DNA from: Telmatocola sphagniphila
Lineage (GTDB): Bacteria; Planctomycetota; Planctomycetia; Gemmatales; Gemmataceae
NCBI RefSeq assembly: GCF_018398935.1
Contig: NZ_CP074694.1
Coordinates: forward strand, 300,001 to 332,000
Direction: 5' to 3'
DNA: 32,000 nucleotides
Position 1 is the first letter of the stretch. Every line of letters starts with the position of its first letter. The notes beneath the pieces are model-generated. The model ran no database searches and was not told the origin of the DNA. It saw only the letters and a list, made by a program, of their open reading frames with translations. Position numbers and translations under genes: made by a program. Of the stretch, positions 1 through 7,319 are shown piece after piece.

Positions 1-105
1 TGTGGCAGGATTCACACTATCCGCAAGGCCGGGGAATGCAACTTCATCCATCCGAAATGCCGGGGCGATGGCGATCCCGGCCGAGAGAGAGAGGCCACGT
101 TTCAT
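1..105 (-). CDS. 5' end (35 codons) of a PEP-utilising enzyme, most like PTS enzyme I; continues off the left edge
   Basis: Not in the ORF track because it is too short. There is a reverse-strand ATG at 105-103 with GAGG just upstream. The translation MKRGLSLSAGIAIAPAFRMDEVAFPGLADSVNPAT stays open to position 1. It fits the enzyme I N-terminal pattern G-x-x-x-S-x-G-I-A-x-x-x-A, which as I recall reads ..GIGASAGIAIAKAYRLEE.. in B. subtilis PtsI. Codon usage looks more gene-like than in the overlapping + ORF 2..304. Confidence 0.5.
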   Translation of the reverse strand, partial: MKRGLSLSAGIAIAPAFRMDEVAFPGLADSVNPAT

Positions 106-218
106 AAGCCTCAGTTTACAGGGATACCGGGGAATTTCAAAAGACCTTTTCCGGTTCGAACTCTCTCGTGCGAAGCGGTTTTGGTATTGGGAGACTTTTG
201 AGTTACTTAATAGATCCT

Positions 219-234
219 TCCTTCTCGAGAAGGA
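219..234. promoter_or_regulatory. Perfect 16-bp palindrome TCCTTCTCGAGAAGGA in the divergent intergenic region
   Basis: Read directly: the sequence is identical to its reverse complement. It lies between the divergent enzyme I-like gene and the Ser/Thr kinase gene. Its function is unknown; a dimeric regulator site is one possibility. Confidence 0.25.
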
Positions 235-329
235 GAACTGGAATTCCGGTAGGCGAGCAGTTAATCTGGGTATCAGATATTCAAGGAAACCCGTAATCTA
301 TTGAAGAGCCTATTTGGTAGTGGGGAAGC

Positions 330-1649
330 ATGAAATCTGAACAGTTGGTGTCTTTTGTCAAATCGATTCGAAAGAGTAATCTCCTGGAAGAAAAATCCAT
401 GAAGCTCCTCGAGAATTGGGCAGTCGTCGCCAATGCGGATCCCCAGGAAATTGCCAAGGAAATCGTCCAGCGCAAATGGCTGACGCCCTATCAAGTCAAA
501 GAATTCTGGAAGGGGAAAGGCGATAAGCTCATTCTCAAACAGTACATCATCGTGGACAAAATCGGTGAAGGGGGGATGGGAGACGTCTATAAAGCCCGGC
601 ATTCGACCATGGACCGGGAAGTGGCAATTAAATTGATTCGTCAGAAACGGCTTTCGAATCCCGATGCCATCAAACGATTTCAAAAAGAGATTCAGGCAGC
701 AGCTCAACTCCAGCACGAAAATGTCGTCATCGCTTATGATGCCGACCAGCAGGGGGATTCCCATTTTTTCGTGATGGAATACGTCGAAGGCATAAATCTG
801 TTCGAACTCGTGAAGAAATCGGGAGCTTTACCCGTCGCGAGCGCCTGCGAATATATCCTGCAAGCGGCGATGGGATTGCAGCACGCTTACGAGCGGGGGA
901 TGGTTCATAGGGATATCAAGCCCGCAAACCTGTTGCTGAACAAGACGGGCACAGTAAAAATCCTCGATATGGGCCTAGCCCGCATCGATACGGCTACGAG
1001 TGCCGATGAAACCCGGCTTACTACGGAAGGCATAACTTTCGGCACACCCGATTTCATTTCCCCCGAGCAATGCCGCAATCCTCGCGATGTGGATATCCGC
1101 TCGGATATTTATGCTCTGGCAGCCAGCCTTTACTATTTGCTCACCGGCAGCCCGATGTATCCCACGGGCACACCGGCCCAGAAAATGATCGCACACAATA
1201 CGGAACCGATCCCGACCGTGGACCGCATCGACATGCCAGCGGGCCTGCCGGAGATCATTACCAAAGCTTTGGCGAAAGATCCCGCTTTGCGCTACCAGAC
1301 CCCCGTGGAATTCGCCGAAGCACTGAAACCCTATGCCCCCAGAACGAATACCGTTCTTACCGGTTTGATGGCCAAACTGGGAACTGAGGAAGTCGCGGAT
1401 ACTATTCCTGAAGTTGCGCCTTACGAACCGGATACTGCCAGCCGCTTTCGATTCGCCAGTCTGAACACCGAGCGGCCTGTGCGAGGAAATAAGTCGGAGA
1501 GCCATTCCAATAAAAAAATGATGTTAGTGATCTCGACCGTTTGTGTTCTGGCTCTGATCCTATTGCTGATTCTGCTCGTTTTGACAAACGATCCGGGTGC
1601 AAAGAAGAATTTAAAAACCCGCGAAATCTGGAAATCAAATTTGGGATAA
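330..1649 (+). CDS. Serine/threonine protein kinase (Hanks type) with a C-terminal transmembrane anchor
   Basis: ATG follows GGGGAAG. Kinase motifs: GEGGMGDVYKA glycine loop, VAIK lysine, HRDIKPANLLL catalytic loop, DMGLA (DFG variant) and SPEQ (APE variant). The C-terminus has a hydrophobic helix, MMLVISTVCVLALILLLILLVL. Confidence 0.93.
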   Translation: MKSEQLVSFVKSIRKSNLLEEKSMKLLENWAVVANADPQEIAKEIVQRKWLTPYQVKEFWKGKGDKLILKQYIIVDKIGEGGMGDVYKARHSTMDREVAIKLIRQKRLSNPDAIKRFQKEIQAAAQLQHENVVIAYDADQQGDSHFFVMEYVEGINLFELVKKSGALPVASACEYILQAAMGLQHAYERGMVHRDIKPANLLLNKTGTVKILDMGLARIDTATSADETRLTTEGITFGTPDFISPEQCRNPRDVDIRSDIYALAASLYYLLTGSPMYPTGTPAQKMIAHNTEPIPTVDRIDMPAGLPEIITKALAKDPALRYQTPVEFAEALKPYAPRTNTVLTGLMAKLGTEEVADTIPEVAPYEPDTASRFRFASLNTERPVRGNKSESHSNKKMMLVISTVCVLALILLLILLVLTNDPGAKKNLKTREIWKSNLG

Positions 1650-1657
1650 AACGGGGA

Positions 1658-1699
1658 GCCTCCTTGAGATCCGGTGAATTCATCCGATCACAAGGAGGC
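1658..1699. terminator. Long imperfect hairpin between convergent genes (candidate bidirectional terminator)
   Basis: Two 21-nt arms, GCCTCCTTGAGATCCGGTGAA and TTCATCCGATCACAAGGAGGC, centred on GAATTC. They pair at 18 Watson-Crick positions plus one G-U, with two mismatches. The hairpin starts 9 nt after the kinase stop and ends 21 nt from the spoVG stop. There is no clean U-tract. Confidence 0.5.
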
Positions 1700-1719
1700 C
1701 AGTCGAGTTCGAACGGGAT

Positions 1720-2310
1720 TTACAGACCGCTGGCGAAATCGTCGCGGTTCGTGGCGACCGACTTGTCCGCGGGGTTGGTATGCGGCCCGCGCGGCGCATG
1801 TCCGGGGTGGGTGCGAAAGCCTGCTCGAGCGACTTCGCTGACCACATCCTGATAGCTGACCGAGGTCGAATCGTAATCGCCCCCGTCAAAGTCGTCATAT
1901 CGGCAAACGTAGCCCGGTTTCTTGGCCAGTTCCTTTTCGGCATGGAAGGACTTTATAATGGCCGCTTGCATGGTTTCCCGGCAGGAGGAATGAATCGGGT
2001 GGGCTATGTCGGCGTGCAGTTTGACCCGGCCGTCCATATCCCGGCCGGCTCGCAATTCGTCGAGCTTATGTCCGCAGAAGTTGCAGAAGCGAGATTTCAG
2101 GTGGTTCTTGCTGCCGCAGGAGTGGCATCGATCGGTGAGCTTGCGGCTTGGCATTGCCACAAACAACCCTCTCGTACCCTCGATAATTTTCAGATCGCGG
2201 ATGACGAAAGCGTTGTCGATTGTGATCGAACAGAAGCCTAAAAGTCGCTCGTTATTTTCTTCGACCAGTTTGATGCGCACTTCCGTGATTGTCACAGCTG
2301 GCTCCTTCAT
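1720..2310 (-). CDS. spoVG: SpoVG-family protein with an inserted CxxC..CxxC zinc ribbon and a C-terminal extension
   Basis: [41 protein letters not shown]...DIAHPI matches the SpoVG core (..[44 protein letters not shown]). I chose the ATG at 2310; the ORF track starts at a TTG at 2328. About 38 extra residues ([41 protein letters not shown]) replace the short PDGEF loop. Confidence 0.85.
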   Translation of the reverse strand: MKEPAVTITEVRIKLVEENNERLLGFCSITIDNAFVIRDLKIIEGTRGLFVAMPSRKLTDRCHSCGSKNHLKSRFCNFCGHKLDELRAGRDMDGRVKLHADIAHPIHSSCRETMQAAIIKSFHAEKELAKKPGYVCRYDDFDGGDYDSTSVSYQDVVSEVARAGFRTHPGHAPRGPHTNPADKSVATNRDDFASGL

Positions 2311-2370
2311 GGAGTATTTCAAGGGCAACGGCTTCTTGCCTACCCTATAGCCCGGCGAAAAACTCTCCGC

Positions 2371-3261
2371 CTATAAAGATCGAACCCTCCACCAGCGCGT
2401 ACCGGCTGGTAGTTTCTGGTTTTGCAATTCCGCAGCCAGCCTCTCGCTGTGCGACTCGTCTTCCGCCACAGCAAACAAACTGGAACCGCTACCACTCATC
2501 AGACATCCCAGAGCAGATGTCCTCGATAACTCAGCCAGGATGGCCTGGATTTCGGAATTCATTTCGAATGCAGATTCCTGCAAGCGATTGAACATCTCTG
2601 CCGCTAGCCGCCGGGCATCTCCCACGACGAAAGCTTCCCGCAAATTCTGGCCCGATCGAGGATTCGGCGGAAGCTTGAGGTTCCGATAAACCGCCGCGGT
2701 ATCGCATCCGCTTGCCGGTTTCAGCAAGAGCAAATGCAAGGGAATCCTGGCCGGTAAGGGTTCGAGAATTTCCCCTCGACCCGTACACCACGCCGCATTT
2801 TCACCCAGGAAGAACGGTACATCGCTACCGAGTTGGCTTCCCAATTCCTTCAGTTCGACGACGGAAAGATTTAATTTCCAGAGCCGATTCAACCCGAGCA
2901 GTGTGGCGGCGGCATCGCTGCTGCCCCCTCCTAAACCGGCGGCCCAGGGAATTTTTTTCCTTAAATGTATCGCGACCCCGTCCTGGCATCCGGTGCTTCG
3001 CCGCAACAATTGAGCGGCTTTGACAACCAGATTCTCCGCACCTACTGCGAGTTCCGGCGTATCGCAACTCAGCAGAATCTCCGCGCGATGCGGGCGGAAA
3101 ATAATCTCATCGCAGAGATTGATGGCTACCATCAGAGTGGACAATTCGTGATAGCCATCCGGTCGTTTGCCAAGAATTTCCAGAAAAAGATTGAGTTTTG
3201 CTGGTGCAAGCAGAAGGAGAGAACCATCGGTCTGTAAAGATGGGGTCATTTCAAACGCCAT
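2371..3261 (-). CDS. ispE: 4-diphosphocytidyl-2-C-methyl-D-erythritol kinase (MEP pathway)
   Basis: The N-terminus has APAKLNLFLEILGKRPDGYHEL and the GHMP kinase motif IPWAAGLGGGSSDAAA. Its 296-aa length is typical for IspE. Confidence 0.93.
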   Translation of the reverse strand: MAFEMTPSLQTDGSLLLLAPAKLNLFLEILGKRPDGYHELSTLMVAINLCDEIIFRPHRAEILLSCDTPELAVGAENLVVKAAQLLRRSTGCQDGVAIHLRKKIPWAAGLGGGSSDAAATLLGLNRLWKLNLSVVELKELGSQLGSDVPFFLGENAAWCTGRGEILEPLPARIPLHLLLLKPASGCDTAAVYRNLKLPPNPRSGQNLREAFVVGDARRLAAEMFNRLQESAFEMNSEIQAILAELSRTSALGCLMSGSGSSLFAVAEDESHSERLAAELQNQKLPAGTRWWRVRSL

Positions 3262-3472
3262 CGCGGCTCGTCGGGTTCCATCCCGTCTTTTGTACCAATC
3301 CTTTTCCTTTTCTTAGCAGTTTCTTAACTCGCGCGGATACTAATGCAGCTTCTCGAAAGCGTCAATAGGGAGTTATGAGAATTTCAGGACCATCATTTCG
3401 TTCAGTCAATTCTCGCAAAATGGGCGACTAAACCCTTTGTCAAGAAGAACCTTTTAGATTTGAAGATTTTAC

Positions 3473-3500
3473 TTGCGTACTGTTGCCGGAGCATTAGAAT
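3473..3500 (+). promoter_or_regulatory. Candidate sigma-70 promoter, TTGCGT-N16-TAGAAT
   Basis: -35 at 3473..3478 and -10 at 3495..3500, about 40 nt upstream of the RRM gene ATG (3540). This is pattern match only. Confidence 0.4.
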
Positions 3501-3539
3501 GTGAGACGCTGAAAAGCCAGTTTTTTTGAAAGGGTTGGA

Positions 3540-3944
3540 ATGGTTAACATTTATGTGGGGAATCTGGCGTGGTCTTGCACGCCAGAGCAACTGACGGAAC
3601 TGTTTTCCACCTATGGAGCGGTAGGGAAAGCTCAGGTCGTCAAAGACAAGCAGACTGGCCGCTCCCGGGGATTCGGGTTCGTCGAAATGCCCAACGCTGA
3701 AGAAGCGAATGCGGCAATTGCGGCCCTGAACAACGCCGATTTTCAAGGTCGACCGTTGACCGTGAATGAGGCCAAGCCTCGCGAACCTCGACCGGCCGGT
3801 GGCGGTTATGGTGGAGGAGGCGGAGGCGGAGGCTATGGAGGAGGCGGTGGTGGCGGCCGCGGCGGTTACGGAGGAGGGGGAGGCGACCGGCGAGGGGGCG
3901 GGGGCTACGGCGGCGGTGGAAGAGACCGTCGCGGATCGTATTAA
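3540..3944 (+). CDS. RRM-type RNA-binding protein with a glycine-rich (GGY/RGG) tail
   Basis: RNP2 is IYVGNL and RNP1 is RGFGFVEM. The ~80-aa RRM is followed by GGGYGGGGGGGGYGGGGGGGRGGYGGGGGDRRGGGGYGGGGRDRR. Confidence 0.92.
   Translation: MVNIYVGNLAWSCTPEQLTELFSTYGAVGKAQVVKDKQTGRSRGFGFVEMPNAEEANAAIAALNNADFQGRPLTVNEAKPREPRPAGGGYGGGGGGGGYGGGGGGGRGGYGGGGGDRRGGGGYGGGGRDRRGSY
3798..3920 (+). repeat. GGN-rich low-complexity coding tract (Gly/Tyr/Arg tail of the RRM protein)
   Basis: Runs of GGC/GGA/GGT codons are read directly. This tract generates the spurious Ala/Ser/Thr/Pro-rich antisense ORF 3402..3953. Confidence 0.8.
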
Positions 3945-4032
3945 CAGTACCAAACTGTAAGTTTATTCATAGATTGACTGTACTGGACGTACGGTGCGGG
4001 GGTCTATTCTCTATAGGGAAACAAAAAACTAT

Positions 4033-4251
4033 ATGGCGAAAGAAGAAGCGATTGAAGTCGAAGGCCGGGTGAAAGAAGCCCTGGCCAACACGCAATTTCG
4101 AGTTGAATTGGACGTCGGGGGCGAAGTCATCGCAGTGGTCGCCGGTCGCATGCGGAAAAACTTCATCCGTATCATTCCCGGGGATCGCGTTAAAGTGGAA
4201 ATTTCCCCTTACGATCTCACACGTGGCCGCATTGTGTATCGGGGCAAATGA
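4033..4251 (+). CDS. infA: Translation initiation factor IF-1
   Basis: [72 protein letters not shown] is a full-length, 72-aa IF-1 pattern. The ATG at 4033 is preferred over the track start at 3994. Confidence 0.95.
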   Translation: MAKEEAIEVEGRVKEALANTQFRVELDVGGEVIAVVAGRMRKNFIRIIPGDRVKVEISPYDLTRGRIVYRGK

Positions 4252-4312
4252 TAGTGCCCAACATATTGGCTGACAACCCTTCTCAAAACAGCTCACTCAT
4301 ATGAGATAGACC

Positions 4313-4338
4313 CTTCCCCGAATCACACCATGGGGAAG
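4313..4338. terminator. Hairpin between convergent infA and the repeat-protein gene
   Basis: CTTCCCC (4313..4319) and GGGGAAG (4332..4338) form a 7-bp stem with a 12-nt loop. A weak T-rich stretch follows on the + strand. Confidence 0.35.
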
Positions 4339-4360
4339 AGTCTGATTATTCTCTCGATCC

Positions 4361-7015
4361 TCAGATATTCGGAATCACCGCTATAGAAATAACCGCTTCC
4401 TCGGAAGACAGTCCGAAACTGTTCACGACCCTGTATTTGATGACTTCCATACCCTGCATATCCCCACTATTTTCGTACTGCACCCGGTTATTATCTAGAA
4501 CGGTAGCCGTACCATGAGTCGGTGGTCCGGTAATCACGATTTGCAAGACGGGATCATTTTGTGGATCGGAGATGCTATCAGTGAGATCGTAAATGGCAGT
4601 CTGGCCGAGCGGAACTGTCACTGCAGTGGAATTGGCCACGGGCGGCTGGTGGATCGTAATGAACACGGTCGCCACGTTAGACACTCTGCCGTCCACATCT
4701 TTAATGGTGTACTGGAAGCTCTCCGATAAGACGGGGGAACCGTCGTGGATATAAGTAAAAGTTCCATCGGGATTTTTGTTGAGAAATCCCGTTGTGGGAA
4801 TGGACACAATTGTCAGGGAGCTGAAGTCGAAAGCTGCGGAGGGAGCGCTATCGTTTGCCAGCACGGATATAACCAAATTTCCTCCTACGTTTAACGCCAC
4901 GGAATCATTATTAGCCACAGGGGGTTGCAAAATCGTAAGGATGACCGTAGCTTCGTTGGAAACGGATGCCTTTGCGTCTTTGATGGTGTAGCGGAAGTTG
5001 TCACTGGTACTTAAACCGCCGTCGTGCTGGTAAGTCACGGTTCCATCAGCATTCACAGTTAGTGTGCCGTGCTCAGGCTGTTGAGTGATGGTTATAGAAC
5101 TCAAGTCCAGGGCGTTGTCGGGATCCGTATCGTTCGCGCTTACCGGAAGTACAAGCGAGGCACCTGCCGCTACGGTTCCAGTATCGGGATTGGCGACTGG
5201 AGGCTGATTCAGTGGAACGATGGTGATCGTCACGGTCGCTTCGTTGGAGACCGCTCCCTTCGCATCCTTGATTGTATATTTGAAGCTGTCGCTGAGAGTC
5301 GCTCCGCCATCGTGCTGATAGGTCACAGTCCCGTCTGGATTTACGGTGAGTGTGCCATGCTCAGCTGGCTGGGTGATTACGATGCTGTTGAGGGCTAGAG
5401 CGTTCTCCGGATCCGAATCATTGGCTGCCACCGGAATAGCGTAAGATCCACCGGTGTTGACCGAGGCCGAATCTGGATTGGCTACAGGAGGCTGATTCGG
5501 TGGAACGATGGTAATCGTCACCGTTGCTACATTGGAGGCAACCCCCAGATTATCGCGAATAAAGTAAGTGAAGCTATCGGTTACTGTCGCAGAGCCGTCG
5601 TGAGTGTATTTCACCGTCCCATCGCTATTTACCACAAGAATACCGTTCACCGGTTCCGTGATAATGACAATCGAGCCAAGATTGATTTGCCCACTTTCCG
5701 ACGTGTCGTTTTCAGCGACATTGATGATCTTCGAGCTTCCGACCTCAACTTCGGCAATGTCGTTCCCGGCCACGGGGGCTTTGTTGACAGCTGCAATTAC
5801 CAGCGAGACGGTGGCGGTATTCGAAACCAATCCCTGGGCATTCTTGATTGTGTACGTGAATGAATCGGTTGTCGCGTTGCTGCCGTCATGGACATATTTC
5901 ACCGATCCATCGCTATTGATTGTGATTGTCCCATGGGCGGGCTGCGTCACAATTTGAATGGAGGCAAGATTCAACGAACTGCCTGGGGCAGTGTCGTTTA
6001 AGGCCAAGTTCAAATTGGCTGTACTGCCTTTGGTTACGGTGAAGGAATCACCACTTGCAACCGGTGCAGTGTTGGAGGGATTGGAAGGTGTTGAGCTACT
6101 TCCCGTTACGGTGATATGGACTTCGCCCACGGAGGAGAGGGTGCCTTTGCTGTCGAGGAACTGATAGCTGAAAGAATCGCTGCTGGCGGATCCACCGTTA
6201 TTTGTGTAGGTCACGCTACCATCGCCGTTAGTGGTAACCGATCCCGAAGCCGGTCCTCGGACGATTCGGATCGAAGAGGTGTTGATCGCTGAACCTCCGA
6301 ATGCCTGATCGTTGGCGAGAAGATTTGCTCGAGTTGACGCGCCCCGCGCGACCGAGGCAAAATCCGCATTGGCCACCGAGATCATCCCGGGGGTAACCGA
6401 AGATACACCTTGAGTATGAAGGTTCTTGCCAAGGTCGACTTGAGTAATGCCAAATTGCGCGGTACCTCCCGCGGAAACTATGTAGCTGCCGTTTCCGAAG
6501 GAAGAATATCCGATGTTTACGACATCATACCCAAGACCACATGCCAATACCAACCCCTTCGGGGCCTGAACTCCTGAAAGAGTGATCACATCGTTGCCGC
6601 CATTCGTGATGAGGGACATGGTGTTATTGGAGCGCGTGTTGAAGACGCTGAGAGAATTATTTCCCTCGCCCATGTTCACATACAACTGGCCGCTCAAGGA
6701 CAGACCATTGAGCACCAGCATATCGTCCCCACCGCCAAGTTGAATGTGCACACCTTTCAGGTTGCTGAAATAGACCGGGGCGGTACGGCCGTTGACTGGA
6801 GTATTACCATCCAACGCCGAAATGCTGACGGCGTTGGATCCTAGGCCAGTGATTTGGATCCGGTTAGCGAGATGATCGCCTGCGACAAAGAGAACACCCC
6901 CGGAGACCATGGCCTGAACGGATCCATCCATCACCGTCCGGTCTTCCAAACTCTCCAATTTCGGTGTAACTGCTGGGATGGGCTTCCCTTTTTTCGACTT
7001 CATCCGTGTTGGCAT
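4361..7015 (-). CDS. Large extracellular repeat protein: N-terminal LESLEDR motif, degenerate GGxD beta-roll-like region, then seven cadherin/Ig-like 'tandem-95'-type repeats
   Basis: 884 aa. The repeats carry the recurring pattern PPVAN.D...V..G......V.AND.D......L.S..I...P.HGT..VN.DGTV.Y.HDG....DSF.YTI.D..G.VSN.ATV.ITI. The upstream part has GGGDDMLVL and GGNDVITL motifs. Confidence 0.9.
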   Translation of the reverse strand: MPTRMKSKKGKPIPAVTPKLESLEDRTVMDGSVQAMVSGGVLFVAGDHLANRIQITGLGSNAVSISALDGNTPVNGRTAPVYFSNLKGVHIQLGGGDDMLVLNGLSLSGQLYVNMGEGNNSLSVFNTRSNNTMSLITNGGNDVITLSGVQAPKGLVLACGLGYDVVNIGYSSFGNGSYIVSAGGTAQFGITQVDLGKNLHTQGVSSVTPGMISVANADFASVARGASTRANLLANDQAFGGSAINTSSIRIVRGPASGSVTTNGDGSVTYTNNGGSASSDSFSYQFLDSKGTLSSVGEVHITVTGSSSTPSNPSNTAPVASGDSFTVTKGSTANLNLALNDTAPGSSLNLASIQIVTQPAHGTITINSDGSVKYVHDGSNATTDSFTYTIKNAQGLVSNTATVSLVIAAVNKAPVAGNDIAEVEVGSSKIINVAENDTSESGQINLGSIVIITEPVNGILVVNSDGTVKYTHDGSATVTDSFTYFIRDNLGVASNVATVTITIVPPNQPPVANPDSASVNTGGSYAIPVAANDSDPENALALNSIVITQPAEHGTLTVNPDGTVTYQHDGGATLSDSFKYTIKDAKGAVSNEATVTITIVPLNQPPVANPDTGTVAAGASLVLPVSANDTDPDNALDLSSITITQQPEHGTLTVNADGTVTYQHDGGLSTSDNFRYTIKDAKASVSNEATVILTILQPPVANNDSVALNVGGNLVISVLANDSAPSAAFDFSSLTIVSIPTTGFLNKNPDGTFTYIHDGSPVLSESFQYTIKDVDGRVSNVATVFITIHQPPVANSTAVTVPLGQTAIYDLTDSISDPQNDPVLQIVITGPPTHGTATVLDNNRVQYENSGDMQGMEVIKYRVVNSFGLSSEEAVISIAVIPNI
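4364..6379 (-). repeat. Seven tandem coding repeats of 93-104 aa (approximately residues 213-884)
   Basis: Unit boundaries counted from the translation are 213-316, 317-412, 413-508, 509-604, 605-697, 698-790 and 791-884. Units 4 and 5 (nt 4925..5491) are also clearly similar at the DNA level, for example GATTGGCGACTGGAGGCTGATTCAGTGGAACGATGGTGATCGTCAC versus GATTGGCTACAGGAGGCTGATTCGGTGGAACGATGGTAATCGTCAC. Confidence 0.85.
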
Positions 7016-7319
7016 GACTCGCTCCCCAATGAACTGGTCTAAAATATGAAACAGGTTTTAAGATAAAATTTACTTTAAAATTGATGGGAGAGAAATGAAA
7101 ATTGAGGAAATCTAGAATCTGGGTAAGTTGCAAAATACGCTTTGAAACGACTTTTCATAAATTCTGAAAGGGGTTAGGCCTGCATTTCAGGAAATTCACA
7201 AACAATTTGTCGCATCAGCCCGAATTTTTGAGAGGGGTGCGTCGCTACGGGGCCGGATGATTTCTGCGTAAACTAAGTTGTATGTCCGTGCCTTTCGAAA
7301 TCGTGCCAAGAGCATTTTC

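Noticed and set aside
2-304. 100-aa + strand ORF open from the window edge
   Set aside because: The translation is not protein-like and uses many codons that are rare in the well-supported genes here (AGG, AGA, ATA, CTA, TTA). It overlaps a better reverse-strand start with enzyme I similarity and then crosses the promoter region of the kinase gene.
3402-3953. 183-aa reverse-strand ORF rich in Ala/Ser/Thr/Pro
   Set aside because: It is the mirror image of the GGN-rich tail and RRM gene on the + strand, so it is a low-complexity shadow ORF.
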